Source of the DNA: Cupriavidus necator
GTDB lineage: Bacteria; Pseudomonadota; Gammaproteobacteria; Burkholderiales; Burkholderiaceae
Length of the DNA stretch: 32,000 bases
NCBI RefSeq assembly: GCF_016127575.1
Contig: NZ_CP066018.1
Span: 1,110,001-1,142,000, forward strand
Direction: 5' to 3'
This document shows, piece by piece, positions 1 to 8,381 of the stretch (position 1 is the stretch's first letter; the number at the start of each line of letters is the position of its first letter). A program made the translations under genes and the position numbers. Under the pieces are notes generated by a model that was given only the letters and a program-made list of their open reading frames with translations, did no database searches and was not told the origin of the DNA.

Positions 1-1
1 C

Positions 2-193
2 GCGGCTTCGTCAACGGCCATCCGCGCCTTGATCAAGCAACTGATAGGAGCCGAAGACCCGAGGAATCCCCTTTCCGACAGTCGCATTGCCGAACTGCTG
101 GGCGAACAAGGCTTCGTTGTCGCACGCCGCACCGTTGCCAAGTATCGCGAAGCCCTGAAGATCCCCGCAGTCAATCTCCGCAAGTCTTTGTAG
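2..193 (+). CDS. rpoN: RNA polymerase sigma-54 factor RpoN, C-terminal fragment (5' end lies outside the window)
   Basis: Frame 2 reads ...[50 protein letters not shown] is the RpoN box. It is followed by hpf and ptsN as in canonical rpoN clusters. Confidence 0.9.
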
Positions 194-241
194 CCGAGCC
201 CACCGCCTGCCTGGTGAGGCTCTTTCAGAAGGAGAAGCGCT

Positions 242-592
242 ATGAACTTCAAGATCAGTGGACACCACCTGGACATCACGCCCCCTCTGCGTGAGTACGT
301 GGAAACGAAGCTGGAGCGAATCGTCAGGCATTTCGATCAAGTCATTGGCGTTAGTGTGCTGCTCTCTGTCGACAACCACAAGGAAAAGGACCGGCGTCAG
401 TACGCGGAAATCAATCTACATCTCAAGGGCAAGGACATCTTTGTCGAAGCGCATCACGAAGACCTGTATGCAGCGATCGACGCACTCGTCGACAAGCTGG
501 ACCGTCAGGTGATCCGCTACAAGGATCGCGTGCAAGGCCACGACCGCGAAGCGGTCAAGTACCAGATGGCCGCAGCGCAAATGCAGCAATGA
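242..592 (+). CDS. hpf: Ribosome hibernation promoting factor (short HPF/YhbH, sigma-54 modulation protein family)
   Basis: 116-aa ORF with an AGGAGA Shine-Dalgarno just upstream. [27 protein letters not shown]... is typical of short HPF. It lies directly after rpoN. Confidence 0.93.
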
Positions 593-641
593 CCGTGCCC
601 GGCAGCCCCGCAGCGGGCTGCTGAATCAGGATTGAACAGGC

Positions 642-669
642 AAGCCGCGCCAAGAAGCGCGGCTTTTTT
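642..669 (+). terminator. Rho-independent terminator after hpf
   Basis: AAGCCGCGC-caagaa-GCGCGGCTT (9-bp perfect stem) runs into a T6 tract. A second small hairpin (CAGCCC-cgcagc-GGGCTG) lies at 602-621. Confidence 0.8.
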
Positions 670-946
670 GCGCCCTCGCGTTCCCGGTTGCCGCCGGCAT
701 GCCGCGCCCGCACTGGCGGCGCGGCCCGGCTGTGGCGCCGGAGCCGATGCTTTTCACCCGAATGAGCAAGGGTGTTCGCAAGCGCTGCGCCAAGGTGTAT
801 GCTGCGCCATACAAAGAGAGGGAATCCTGGCCGTGCCCCGCACCGGTGCACCGGCTCCCCGCCGCGGAGGCACCATTGCATCACCATGTATCTTTCTGCA
901 CCGGCTTGCCCCGTTGCGCTGCACAATGCGGGAGTAGTCGCTGCTC

Positions 947-952
947 TATAAT
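947..952 (+). promoter_or_regulatory. Candidate -10 hexamer (perfect TATAAT) for a ptsN-hprK transcript
   Basis: A consensus TATAAT in very GC-rich DNA, 97 nt upstream of the ptsN ATG and downstream of the hpf terminator. There is no convincing -35 at 16-18 bp spacing. Confidence 0.3.
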
Positions 953-1048
953 GGGCCGGACGCCTCCGGCCAGGCCAACGGCAGGCCGGAGCCGGCCCAC
1001 TGCCCGGCGGAACGGTCCGCCCGCTAACTGAAATCCTGCGCATCGCCC

Positions 1049-1504
1049 ATGAATCGTTTGGCCAAATTGCTGCCACCCGGCAACATCACCCTCGACGTCA
1101 GCGTCACCAGCAAGAAGCGTGTGTTCGAGCAGGCCGGGCTCCTCTTCGAGAACAACCATGGTGTGGCGCGCGCCATCGTGACGGACAACCTGTTCGCGCG
1201 CGAGTCGCTTGGATCCACCGGCCTGGGCGCCGGCGTGGCAATCCCGCACGGCCGCATCAAGGGCCTGAAGCAGCCGCTGGCCGCGTTCATGCGCCTGGCC
1301 GAACCAATTCCGTTCGAATCGCCCGATGGCAAGCCGGTATCGCTGCTGATCTTCCTGCTGGTGCCCGAACAGGCTACGCAGCAGCACCTGGAAATCCTGT
1401 CCGAAATCGCGCAACTGCTTTCCGACCGCGACATGCGTGAAGGGCTGGCCACGCTGCCCACGCCCGATGCCGTCCATCAGTTGCTGATCGCATGGCATCC
1501 CTGA
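1049..1504 (+). CDS. ptsN: Nitrogen-related PTS enzyme IIA (EIIA-Ntr)
   Basis: 151 aa. It carries the phosphorylatable-His motif GVAIPHGRI and is conserved end to end with PtsN. The rpoN-cluster context fits. Confidence 0.93.
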   Translation: MNRLAKLLPPGNITLDVSVTSKKRVFEQAGLLFENNHGVARAIVTDNLFARESLGSTGLGAGVAIPHGRIKGLKQPLAAFMRLAEPIPFESPDGKPVSLLIFLLVPEQATQQHLEILSEIAQLLSDRDMREGLATLPTPDAVHQLLIAWHP

Positions 1505-1585
1505 TCCCCTGATCCCTCAAGCGGGCCGGCACCAGACCGGGCAGGCGCCAAGGCGCTTCGCAAACCGCCCCACCAGTCATACCGC

Positions 1586-2557
1586 ATGGAACTCACCGGC
1601 GTCACCTCCCAGTCCATCTTCGACGACAACGCAGCCGACATCAAACTCTCGTGGGTGGCCGGCCTGGAAGGTGCGGATCGCGCCTTCGATGTGGAGTTCG
1701 CCCGCGAAGCCACCTCCGCCGCCGACCTGGTGGGCCACCTGAACCTGATCCACCCCAACCGCATCCAGGTGCTCGGCAAGCCCGAGATCACTTATTACCA
1801 GCGACTGGACGACGAGACCCGCAAGCGCCAGATGGGCGAGCTGATCCTGCTGGAGCCGCCCTTCCTGGTGATCGCCGACGGCATGGAGCCGCCGCCCGAC
1901 CTGGAACTGCGCTGCACGCGCTCGTCCACGCCGCTGTTCACCACGCCGGTGTCGTCGGCCGCGGTGATCGACCACCTGCGCCTGTACCTGTCGCGTATCT
2001 CCGCGCCGCGCGTGACCATGCACGGGGTATTCCTCGACATCCTGGGCATGGGCGTGCTGATCATGGGCGAATCGGGCCTGGGCAAGAGCGAACTGGGCCT
2101 GGAACTGATCTCGCGCGGCCACGGGCTGGTGGCCGATGATGCCGTGGACTTCGTGCGCCTGGGGCCGGATTTCATTGAAGGCCGCTGCCCGCCGCTGCTG
2201 CAGAACCTGCTTGAAGTACGCGGTCTGGGCCTGCTCGACATCAAGACCATCTTCGGTGAGACCGCGGTGCGCCGGAAGATGAAGATCAAGCTGGTGGTGC
2301 AGTTGGTGCGTCGCAATGACGGCGAGTTCGAGCGGCTGCCGCTCGATTCGCAATACCTCGACGTGCTGGGCCTGCCGATCCACATGGTCAAGATCCAGGT
2401 GGCGGCCGGGCGCAACCTGGCCGTGCTGGTCGAGGCCGCGGTGCGCAACACCATCCTGCGCCTGCGCGGCATCGATACGCTGCGCGACTTCATGGACCGG
2501 CAGCGCGCCGCGATGCAGGCCGATGCAGTATCGCGCGGCCAGGGCCGCTTGCTCTGA
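1586..2557 (+). CDS. hprK: HPr kinase/phosphorylase
   Basis: 323 aa with Walker [10 protein letters not shown] followed by [13 protein letters not shown], the typical HprK signature. It sits downstream of ptsN, as in betaproteobacteria. Confidence 0.93.
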   Translation: MELTGVTSQSIFDDNAADIKLSWVAGLEGADRAFDVEFAREATSAADLVGHLNLIHPNRIQVLGKPEITYYQRLDDETRKRQMGELILLEPPFLVIADGMEPPPDLELRCTRSSTPLFTTPVSSAAVIDHLRLYLSRISAPRVTMHGVFLDILGMGVLIMGESGLGKSELGLELISRGHGLVADDAVDFVRLGPDFIEGRCPPLLQNLLEVRGLGLLDIKTIFGETAVRRKMKIKLVVQLVRRNDGEFERLPLDSQYLDVLGLPIHMVKIQVAAGRNLAVLVEAAVRNTILRLRGIDTLRDFMDRQRAAMQADAVSRGQGRLL

Positions 2558-2719
2558 GCGCCGGCGTTTTCATTTGCTTACAACGGCGTTGACGCAGAAC
2601 GTCAACGTTCTTCAGGCATGCTCCGTTTTGTGCTGTAATGGGCATCGCGCCCGTTACGGAAGCTGCAACGCCGGCAATGGCGCGCGGCCATGAAGTTTTC
2701 CACACCCAGGAGAGCAAGC

Positions 2720-3121
2720 ATGAAGAAATTGATCGCGATGTGCGCGCTGGTCACCCCGATGATCGCCGCCAGCGCTTTTGCACAGACCACCGCCACGCCG
2801 GCAACCCCCGCGACGCCAGCCAAGCCGGCGGCCACCGCACCGGCAACGCCGGCCATGCCTGCCACGCCCGCCACCCCGGCTACCCCGGCTACCCCGGACA
2901 AGCCCGCAGCCAACGCCCAGCAGGACAAGATGAAGGCCTGCAATACGCAAGCCGCCGGCAAGAAGGGCGACGAACGCAAGGCGTTCATGAAGGAATGCCT
3001 GTCCAAGGGCGCGTCCAAGACCCAGCAGGAGAAAATGGCCTCCTGCAGCAAGTCGGGCAAGGGCAAGAAGGGCGACGAATACAAGGCCTACATGAAGGAA
3101 TGCCTGTCCAAGGCAGCCTGA
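2720..3121 (+). CDS. psiF: Secreted PsiF-repeat protein (phosphate-starvation-inducible PsiF family) with a Thr-Pro-Ala-rich linker
   Basis: I chose the ATG at 2720 because AGGAGA lies 7-12 nt upstream, rather than the track start at 2690. The signal peptide is MKKLIAMCALVTPMIAASAFA/QTT. Two PsiF repeats are present: QQDKMKACNTQAAGKKGDERKAFMKECLSK and QQEKMASCSKSGKGKKGDEYKAYMKECLSK, matching the E. coli PsiF pattern QQxxMxxCNxxA...KGDxRKxFMSxCLK. Confidence 0.85.
   Translation: MKKLIAMCALVTPMIAASAFAQTTATPATPATPAKPAATAPATPAMPATPATPATPATPDKPAANAQQDKMKACNTQAAGKKGDERKAFMKECLSKGASKTQQEKMASCSKSGKGKKGDEYKAYMKECLSKAA
2786..2898 (+). repeat. Coding low-complexity tandem repeat ((A/T)-T-P-A units), including three 9-bp copies of YACCCCGGC
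   Basis: It encodes TTATPATPATPAKPAATAPATPAMPATPATPATPATPDKP inside psiF. The sequence ccaccccggc taccccggc taccccgga is visible at about 2869-2896. Confidence 0.8.
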
Positions 3122-3154
3122 GCCGCAACCAGCGCCGCAAGCTGACGACAAAAG

Positions 3155-3189
3155 CATGGCGAACCGCGAGGTTCGCCATGTTTGCTTTT
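3155..3189 (+). terminator. Rho-independent terminator after psiF
   Basis: CATGGCGAACC-gcga-GGTTCGCCATG (11-bp perfect stem) followed by TTTGCTTTT. An A-rich tract upstream makes it potentially bidirectional. Confidence 0.78.
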
Positions 3190-3239
3190 GCGCGTGGTGT
3201 CATGACGCCTTCATCACGTGATGCTATGCTTCAGTTGCT

Positions 3240-4124
3240 ATGCGCATCATCCTCATCACCGGCATATCCGGTTCCGGCAAGTCCGTCGCACTGAACGTGC
3301 TCGAAGACGCAGGCTACTACTGCGTGGACAACCTGCCGGCTCAGTTCATCCCGGAACTGACCCGCTATCTCGACAGCCAGGGCTATACGCACCTGGGCGT
3401 CGCCACTGACATCCGCAGCCGCGAGTCGCTCGACCAGTTGCCCGACACCGTGCGCGCGCTGGCCGCTGAGCACCAGGTCGAGGTGGTGTTCCTGACCGCC
3501 AGCACCGACGCACTGGTGCAGCGCTACTCCGAGACGCGCCGCCGCCACCCGCTCTCGGTCCGTACCGACGGCGTGCCGGGCCCGGGCGGTGAACCCGCCT
3601 TCAACGACACCGCGCTGATGGAAGCGATCGAGATGGAGCGTGCGCTGCTGAGCCCGCTGGCCGAGGCCGCGCACCGCATCGACACCAGCAATGTGCGCAC
3701 CAATACGCTGCGCAGCTGGATCAAGGAGCTGATCCGCGACGACAGCCAGCGGCTGACGCTGCTATTCGAGTCGTTCGGCTTCAAGCACGGCGTGCCCAGC
3801 GATGCGGACATGGTGTTCGACGTGCGCTCGCTGCCCAACCCCTATTACGACCTGGCCTTGCGCCCGCTGACGGGGCGCGACACGCCGGTGATCGACTTCC
3901 TGCAGGCCCAGCCAATGGTGCTGGCGATGGCCGAGGATATCCGCGCCTACGTGGAAAAGTGGCTGCCGAGTTTCATTGCCGACAACCGCAGCTACCTGAC
4001 CGTGGCGATCGGCTGCACCGGCGGCCAGCATCGCTCGGTCTATATTGCGGAAAGGCTTGCCAACTACTTCCGGGCGCATGGTAATGTGCTGGTGAGACAC
4101 CGAGAGCTCGCACCGGCGGGCTGA
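3240..4124 (+). CDS. rapZ: RNase adapter protein RapZ (YhbJ)
   Basis: 294 aa. The N-terminal Walker A is [23 protein letters not shown], and the C-terminal motif is [15 protein letters not shown]. Confidence 0.93.
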
Positions 4125-4215
4125 CGCAGGCGGGACTGCCCACTGGCATCATTGGCATCTGCGCGCCGCGTTGGCCGGCTGGCCCATTGCTGCGCGATAC
4201 CCAAGCTGGCACTGC

Positions 4216-4875
4216 ATGTCCTCGACCGACCTCTACCGTCCCACGGCATCAGAAGATCCGCCGCGGACGCTCGACAACCTGCCGCTGTTCCCGTTGCACA
4301 CCGTGCTGTTTCCCGGTGGACGGCTGCCATTGCGCGTGTTCGAGGCGCGCTATGTCGACATGGTGCGCAACTGCCTGCGCGACAACACTCCCTTCGGCGT
4401 TTGCCTGATCGAAAGCGGCGAGGAAGTGGCCCGGCCGGACCAGCCCACCGTGCCGGAACTGATCGGCTGCCTGGCGGAGATCGTCGACTGCAACATGGAA
4501 CAGCTGGGCGTGCTCTTGATCCGTGCGCGCGGCCGCGAGCGCTTCCATATCGTCAGCCATGACACCCGCGACGACGGCCTGCTGGTTGCGCGCGCCGAGG
4601 TGCTTCCTCCCGACATCATCGACTGCAAGCTGGAGCTGCTGGGCGAATGCCTGGATGCGCTGCGGCGCATTGTCACGCGGCTCCATGCCGAGCAACCCGA
4701 CCGCCTGCCATTCGACGAGCCCTACCTGTGGGACGACCCGAGCTGGGTCGCCAACCGGCTGTGCGAGTTGCTGCCGGTGCCGCTCAAGGCCAAGCAGATG
4801 CTGATGGCGTTGCCCGATGCCGGCATGCGCATCGAGATCGTGCACCGCTACATGCGCCAGAACCACATGCTCTAG
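4216..4875 (+). CDS. Stand-alone Lon protease N-terminal (substrate-binding, PUA-like) domain protein
   Basis: LPLFPLHTVLFPGGRLPLRVFEARYVDMV is the characteristic start of the LON N domain. There is no AAA+ or protease domain. I preferred the ATG at 4216 over the TTG at 4171 given in the track, so the start is uncertain. Confidence 0.78.
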   Translation: MSSTDLYRPTASEDPPRTLDNLPLFPLHTVLFPGGRLPLRVFEARYVDMVRNCLRDNTPFGVCLIESGEEVARPDQPTVPELIGCLAEIVDCNMEQLGVLLIRARGRERFHIVSHDTRDDGLLVARAEVLPPDIIDCKLELLGECLDALRRIVTRLHAEQPDRLPFDEPYLWDDPSWVANRLCELLPVPLKAKQMLMALPDAGMRIEIVHRYMRQNHML

Positions 4876-4879
4876 GCGC

Positions 4880-6058
4880 TCAGAACAGCCCGCCGCGGGC
4901 CTGGTCCTCCAGCAGCCTGCGCACCGGCGCGGGCGTACCCACCGCATCGAGATCGTCAAGCGAGATCCAGCGCTGCGCGGCTTCCGCGGCGCCGTCCTGC
5001 GCCATCAGGCTTGCGCCGTCCGCGCTCACATCGACCCGGATGGCACGGATCAGCAGGCGGAAGTGCGTGAACACATGGGTCAGCTCGCCGGTCAGTGCGG
5101 CGCGCGCGGGCTTGCCGAAGGCGCGGGCATAGTCGAGCGCCGCCGCCTCGGCGGCTTCCGTGTCGAAGGGCACGCTGTCGACCGGCATCTCCGGCAGGCT
5201 CCACAAGCCGCCCCAGATGCCGCTGCCGGGGCGCAGGCGCAGCAGCACTTCGCGCTGGCGCCGCACCAGCAGCATTACCGTGCTGCGCTCGGGGATGGCC
5301 GCGCGCGGCTTGGGCGTGGGCAGCACGCCGGTGAGCCCGTCGCGGCGCGCCACACAGTCGGCCGACAGCGGGCACGCACCGGCATCGGCCAGGCAGGCCG
5401 GCTTGCCGCGCGAGCACACCGTGGCGCCCAGGTCCATCAGCCCTTGCGTATAGGCGATCATGTCCTCGGCCTGGCGCGGGCCTGCGGCCGGCAAGGCCAG
5501 CTCGGCCAGCTGCCACATGCGCGTTTCCACCACGCGCTCGCCCGGATGGCCGTGGATGCCGAAGCAGCGCGCGAACACGCGCTTGACGTTGCCATCCAGG
5601 ATTGGAGAACGCACGCCGGCGCTGAACGCGGCGATTGCCGCGGCGGTGGAGCGGCCGATGCCGGGCAATGTGGCCAGCACCGCGGGATCGGTCGGGAAAC
5701 GGCCACCATGCTCGCTCACCACCTGCATAGCGCAGCGGTGCAGGTTGCGTGCGCGCGAGTAATAGCCCAGCCCCGCCCATAGCGCCATGACCTGGTCGGC
5801 AGGCGCCGCCGCCAGCGCCTGCACCGTGGGCAGCTGCGAGACAAAGCGCTGGAAGTAGTCGATCACCGCGCTCACCTGGGTCTGCTGCAGCATGATCTCC
5901 GACAGCCAGATGCGGTACGGGTCGCGCGTGTTCTGCCACGGCAGGTCGTGCCGGCCATGCTGGCGCTGCCAGTCGACCACGCTGGCGCCGAAGTCGGGCG
6001 GCACGCAGATATCGTCGGGGATGGCGGGAACGGCGCGAGGGGCTGGTTTGCGGGGCAT
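4880..6058 (-). CDS. mutY: A/G-specific adenine DNA glycosylase MutY
   Basis: It has the HhH-GPD region WQNTRDPYRIWLSEIMLQQTQV, the Fe-S cluster loop CSRGKPACLADAGACPLSADC and a NUDIX-like C-terminus. The start is set at the internal ATG (MPRKPAP..., 6058), because the upstream extension runs through a terminator. Confidence 0.88.
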   Translation of the reverse strand: MPRKPAPRAVPAIPDDICVPPDFGASVVDWQRQHGRHDLPWQNTRDPYRIWLSEIMLQQTQVSAVIDYFQRFVSQLPTVQALAAAPADQVMALWAGLGYYSRARNLHRCAMQVVSEHGGRFPTDPAVLATLPGIGRSTAAAIAAFSAGVRSPILDGNVKRVFARCFGIHGHPGERVVETRMWQLAELALPAAGPRQAEDMIAYTQGLMDLGATVCSRGKPACLADAGACPLSADCVARRDGLTGVLPTPKPRAAIPERSTVMLLVRRQREVLLRLRPGSGIWGGLWSLPEMPVDSVPFDTEAAEAAALDYARAFGKPARAALTGELTHVFTHFRLLIRAIRVDVSADGASLMAQDGAAEAAQRWISLDDLDAVGTPAPVRRLLEDQARGGLF

Positions 6059-6098
6059 CTGGGTGAAACGTTCTGAAGCGCGGGGCGCGCGGCGCACC

Positions 6099-6128
6099 AA
6101 AGGAAAAGGCGCCGCTAAGTGCGGCGCC
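6099..6128 (-). terminator. Rho-independent terminator after the dynamin-like gene (minus strand)
   Basis: On the minus strand GGCGCCGC-actta-GCGGCGCC (8-bp perfect stem) is followed by TTTTCCTTT. It lies about 40 nt upstream of the mutY ATG. Confidence 0.72.
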
Positions 6129-6150
6129 ACATGATATACCGGCTTCAGGA

Positions 6151-8103
6151 TCAGGCCACCGCAAGGCTCGCGCTGTCGGCTGCAGCCGTCGGCCGCAGCA
6201 GCCGCTGCGCGTAGCCCTCGATACGGCCGCTGCGCTCGTCCAGGCCGTTGAGCACTTCCTCGAGTTCGGCAATGCGGCTTTCCAGCGTGTCGGTGGCCTC
6301 GTGGATGCGCTCGATCGAATCGACGCGCCGGCGCAGCTGCTTCTGGTGCTCGCGCACCTGCGCTTCCAGCGGCGTCATTACCGACTTGAGCCAGACCTCG
6401 ATATCGCGGTTCAGGTCGCGGAAGTTCTCCAGCACGCGGCTGGCCATGGTGCTGAAGGCGCTCTGGACCAGCTGCGGGCGCGAGCGCGTCAGCATGCTGA
6501 CCGTGCCGAAGTGCGCATGCACCAGGCGCAGTGTTTCCTCAAGCTCGGCCACGTAGCGCTCGGCAGTGAACTGCATCGGCGCGGGCAGCGTGAAGCCGTG
6601 CTCGGCGTTGAAGCGCCGGTACATGCTTTCGATCAGCTGGTGCAGCTGGCCGATCTTGTTGTCGGCATCGGTCACCAGCCTGGTCAGCTGCGCAAACAGC
6701 GCGTCCATGTCTTCGCGCAGTCCGCGCGAGAAGAAGCGCTCTTTCATCTGCTCGCGCGCGCTGCGCATGGTGAGGCGCACGTCGCGCAGTTGCAGGCTCT
6801 TGATGATGTCGGCGCTGTGGCGGCCGAAGACCAGGCGCAGCGCCTGGAACTTGCTGATGCTCTGCTCGAACTCTTCCTTCTCGCCCTGCACCCGCATCAA
6901 CATGTGCTTGACCATCGCGTGGTTCTTGCCGCGCAGGCCGCGCAGCTCGAACAGCTGCTCGACGATATCGCGGCGGCGGCTCTGCAGCAGCTGCTGCGCG
7001 GCGCGCGCCATGTCCTGCACCAGCCGGTGCGCCTGGTCCGAGACGATCTCGCGCCGGCGCGGGATCAGCTGGTCGGACAGCACGTGCTCGAACTCGGGCA
7101 GGCCGCTGCGCGCCAGCAGCTCGTCGTCGTGCGTGACCTTGGCCACCAGGCCCTTCTGCGCCGATACCGGATAGACGCGCGACTGTTCGATGCCCAGCAC
7201 CTGCGCGGTGGTGGACACCTGCCGCGCGATCTCCTGCGCGATCTCGCCCGGCTCGCGCAGCGGATCCCACAGCCCGTCGATCTTGTTGAGCACCGCCAGG
7301 CAGCCGCGCCGGTGGCCGGCGCCGACATGGCTGCGCCACAGCTCCAGGTCGCTCTTGGTGACGCCCGCATCGGCGGCCAGCACGAACACCACCACATGGG
7401 CATCGGGGATCAGCCGCAGCGTCAGCTCGGGCTCGGTGCCGATCGCATTCAGGCCCGGCGTGTCAAGGATCACCAGGCCCTGGCGCAGCAGCGGATGCGG
7501 GAAATTGATGACGGCGTGGCGCCAGCGCGAGATCTCGACCATGCCCTCGGCATCGACCGCGTAGGCGGCATCGGGATCGTTCTCGTGGTACAGGCCCAGC
7601 GCCTCGGCCTGCGCCGGCGGCACGCGCACGGTCTGCACCACGTGCTGGAACGCAGCCAGCATGCCCTCGGGCGAAGACGGGTCCAGCGGCACCGAATGCC
7701 AGTGCGAAGCCGAGGTGCCGGCCTCCAGGAAGTCGGCGGTAGAGGCCTCCTGCAGGCGTGTCTCGATCGGCAGCAGCCGGATGCACGGCGGCTCGGCCTC
7801 GTCGTAGCGCAGCTCGGTCGGGCACATCGTGGTGCGCCCCGCCGACGACGGCAGGATGCGGCGCCCGTAGTCGGCAAAGAAGATGGCGTTGATCAGCTCG
7901 CTCTTGCCGCGCGAGAACTCGGCAATGAACGCGACCTTGAGCCGGTCGCTGCGCAGCACGCTCTGGATGCGCTGCACGCGGTCATCGGCCTGGGCGTCGT
8001 ACAGGTCGTGCTGCTGCAGCCAGGACTGGAATTCGGCCAGTGACTGGAGGACCCCGGTTCTCCAGGCGCCGTATTGTTCGAATTGGTGGGCGAGCGTTGT
8101 CAT
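6151..8103 (-). CDS. Dynamin-family large GTPase (bacterial dynamin-like protein, soluble type)
   Basis: GTPase motifs are G1 AEFSRGKSELINAIF, G2 region GRTTMCPTEL, G3 ILDTPGLNAIG and G4 VLNKIDGL. A roughly 350-aa helical, coiled-coil-like C-terminal part follows, with no obvious hydrophobic membrane paddle. The start is taken as MTTLAHQ (8103); the GTG at 8187 is an alternative. Confidence 0.8.
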   Translation of the reverse strand: MTTLAHQFEQYGAWRTGVLQSLAEFQSWLQQHDLYDAQADDRVQRIQSVLRSDRLKVAFIAEFSRGKSELINAIFFADYGRRILPSSAGRTTMCPTELRYDEAEPPCIRLLPIETRLQEASTADFLEAGTSASHWHSVPLDPSSPEGMLAAFQHVVQTVRVPPAQAEALGLYHENDPDAAYAVDAEGMVEISRWRHAVINFPHPLLRQGLVILDTPGLNAIGTEPELTLRLIPDAHVVVFVLAADAGVTKSDLELWRSHVGAGHRRGCLAVLNKIDGLWDPLREPGEIAQEIARQVSTTAQVLGIEQSRVYPVSAQKGLVAKVTHDDELLARSGLPEFEHVLSDQLIPRRREIVSDQAHRLVQDMARAAQQLLQSRRRDIVEQLFELRGLRGKNHAMVKHMLMRVQGEKEEFEQSISKFQALRLVFGRHSADIIKSLQLRDVRLTMRSAREQMKERFFSRGLREDMDALFAQLTRLVTDADNKIGQLHQLIESMYRRFNAEHGFTLPAPMQFTAERYVAELEETLRLVHAHFGTVSMLTRSRPQLVQSAFSTMASRVLENFRDLNRDIEVWLKSVMTPLEAQVREHQKQLRRRVDSIERIHEATDTLESRIAELEEVLNGLDERSGRIEGYAQRLLRPTAAADSASLAVA

Positions 8104-8248
8104 GGAGCTGTTCGGCTGACTTGGTTTTACCTCGGGGCACGCCGCTTTCGCGCTGCGCCCGTGTTCGCACAATGCCGGCCCGACCACGGTCTACCTGCAG
8201 GCGGCGGGCCATTTTGTAACTTTTTATGACTGCGCACACGATACAGGT

Positions 8249-8269
8249 TTCCACGACGGTTTTGTGGAA
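8249..8269. promoter_or_regulatory. Inverted repeat TTCCAC-N9-GTGGAA in the relatively AT-rich region upstream of the dynamin-like gene
   Basis: The repeat is seen directly. It lies 146 nt upstream of the 8103 start, within the 278-bp fpg/dynamin spacer. Its function is unknown. Confidence 0.25.
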
Positions 8270-8381
8270 TTCACGCCCCTCAGTAATGGCTTGCACAAGG
8301 AGTGTTGCGCCGACCCATCGACAATCGCCGGCGGCGCGCATTGTGCGCCACACGGCGCCTGCCCGGGGTGGCCGCCAAGGC

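Noticed and set aside
869-880. GGCACC-ATTGCA, which resembles sigma-54 -24/-12 elements.
   Set aside because: The two elements are adjacent, about 3 nt too close, so this cannot be a functional sigma-54 promoter.
954-987. Possible ANTAR-type hairpins in the ptsN leader. GGCC-AACGGCA-GGCC shares the CC-AACGGC string with nrtA leader hairpin 1.
   Set aside because: The loop is 7 nt rather than 6. The neighbouring hairpin (GGCCGG-ACGCCT-CCGGCC) lacks G at loop position 4 and folds better with a tetraloop. No terminator follows, so the resemblance is probably a GC-rich coincidence.
632-1031. ORFs of 101 and 110 aa (plus strand), and 62 and 173 aa (minus strand), in the hpf-ptsN spacer.
   Set aside because: They are Arg/Pro/Ala-rich with no RBS. 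They cross the hpf terminator or the TATAAT region and show no family resemblance. I treated the region as non-coding.
2588-2606. Inverted repeat GTTGACG-cagaa-CGTCAAC after hprK, considered as a terminator or as the psiF operator/promoter.
   Set aside because: The stem is only 7 bp and the following tract (GTTCTTC) is weak. The TTGACG within it has no well-spaced -10. This is too ambiguous to call either way.
2786-2898. Short tandem repeats here and at 16018-16075 and 22791-22985, considered as a CRISPR-like or intergenic repeat array.
   Set aside because: All are in-frame coding low-complexity (Pro/Ala/Thr) tracts inside well-supported genes. They have no spacer/repeat architecture.
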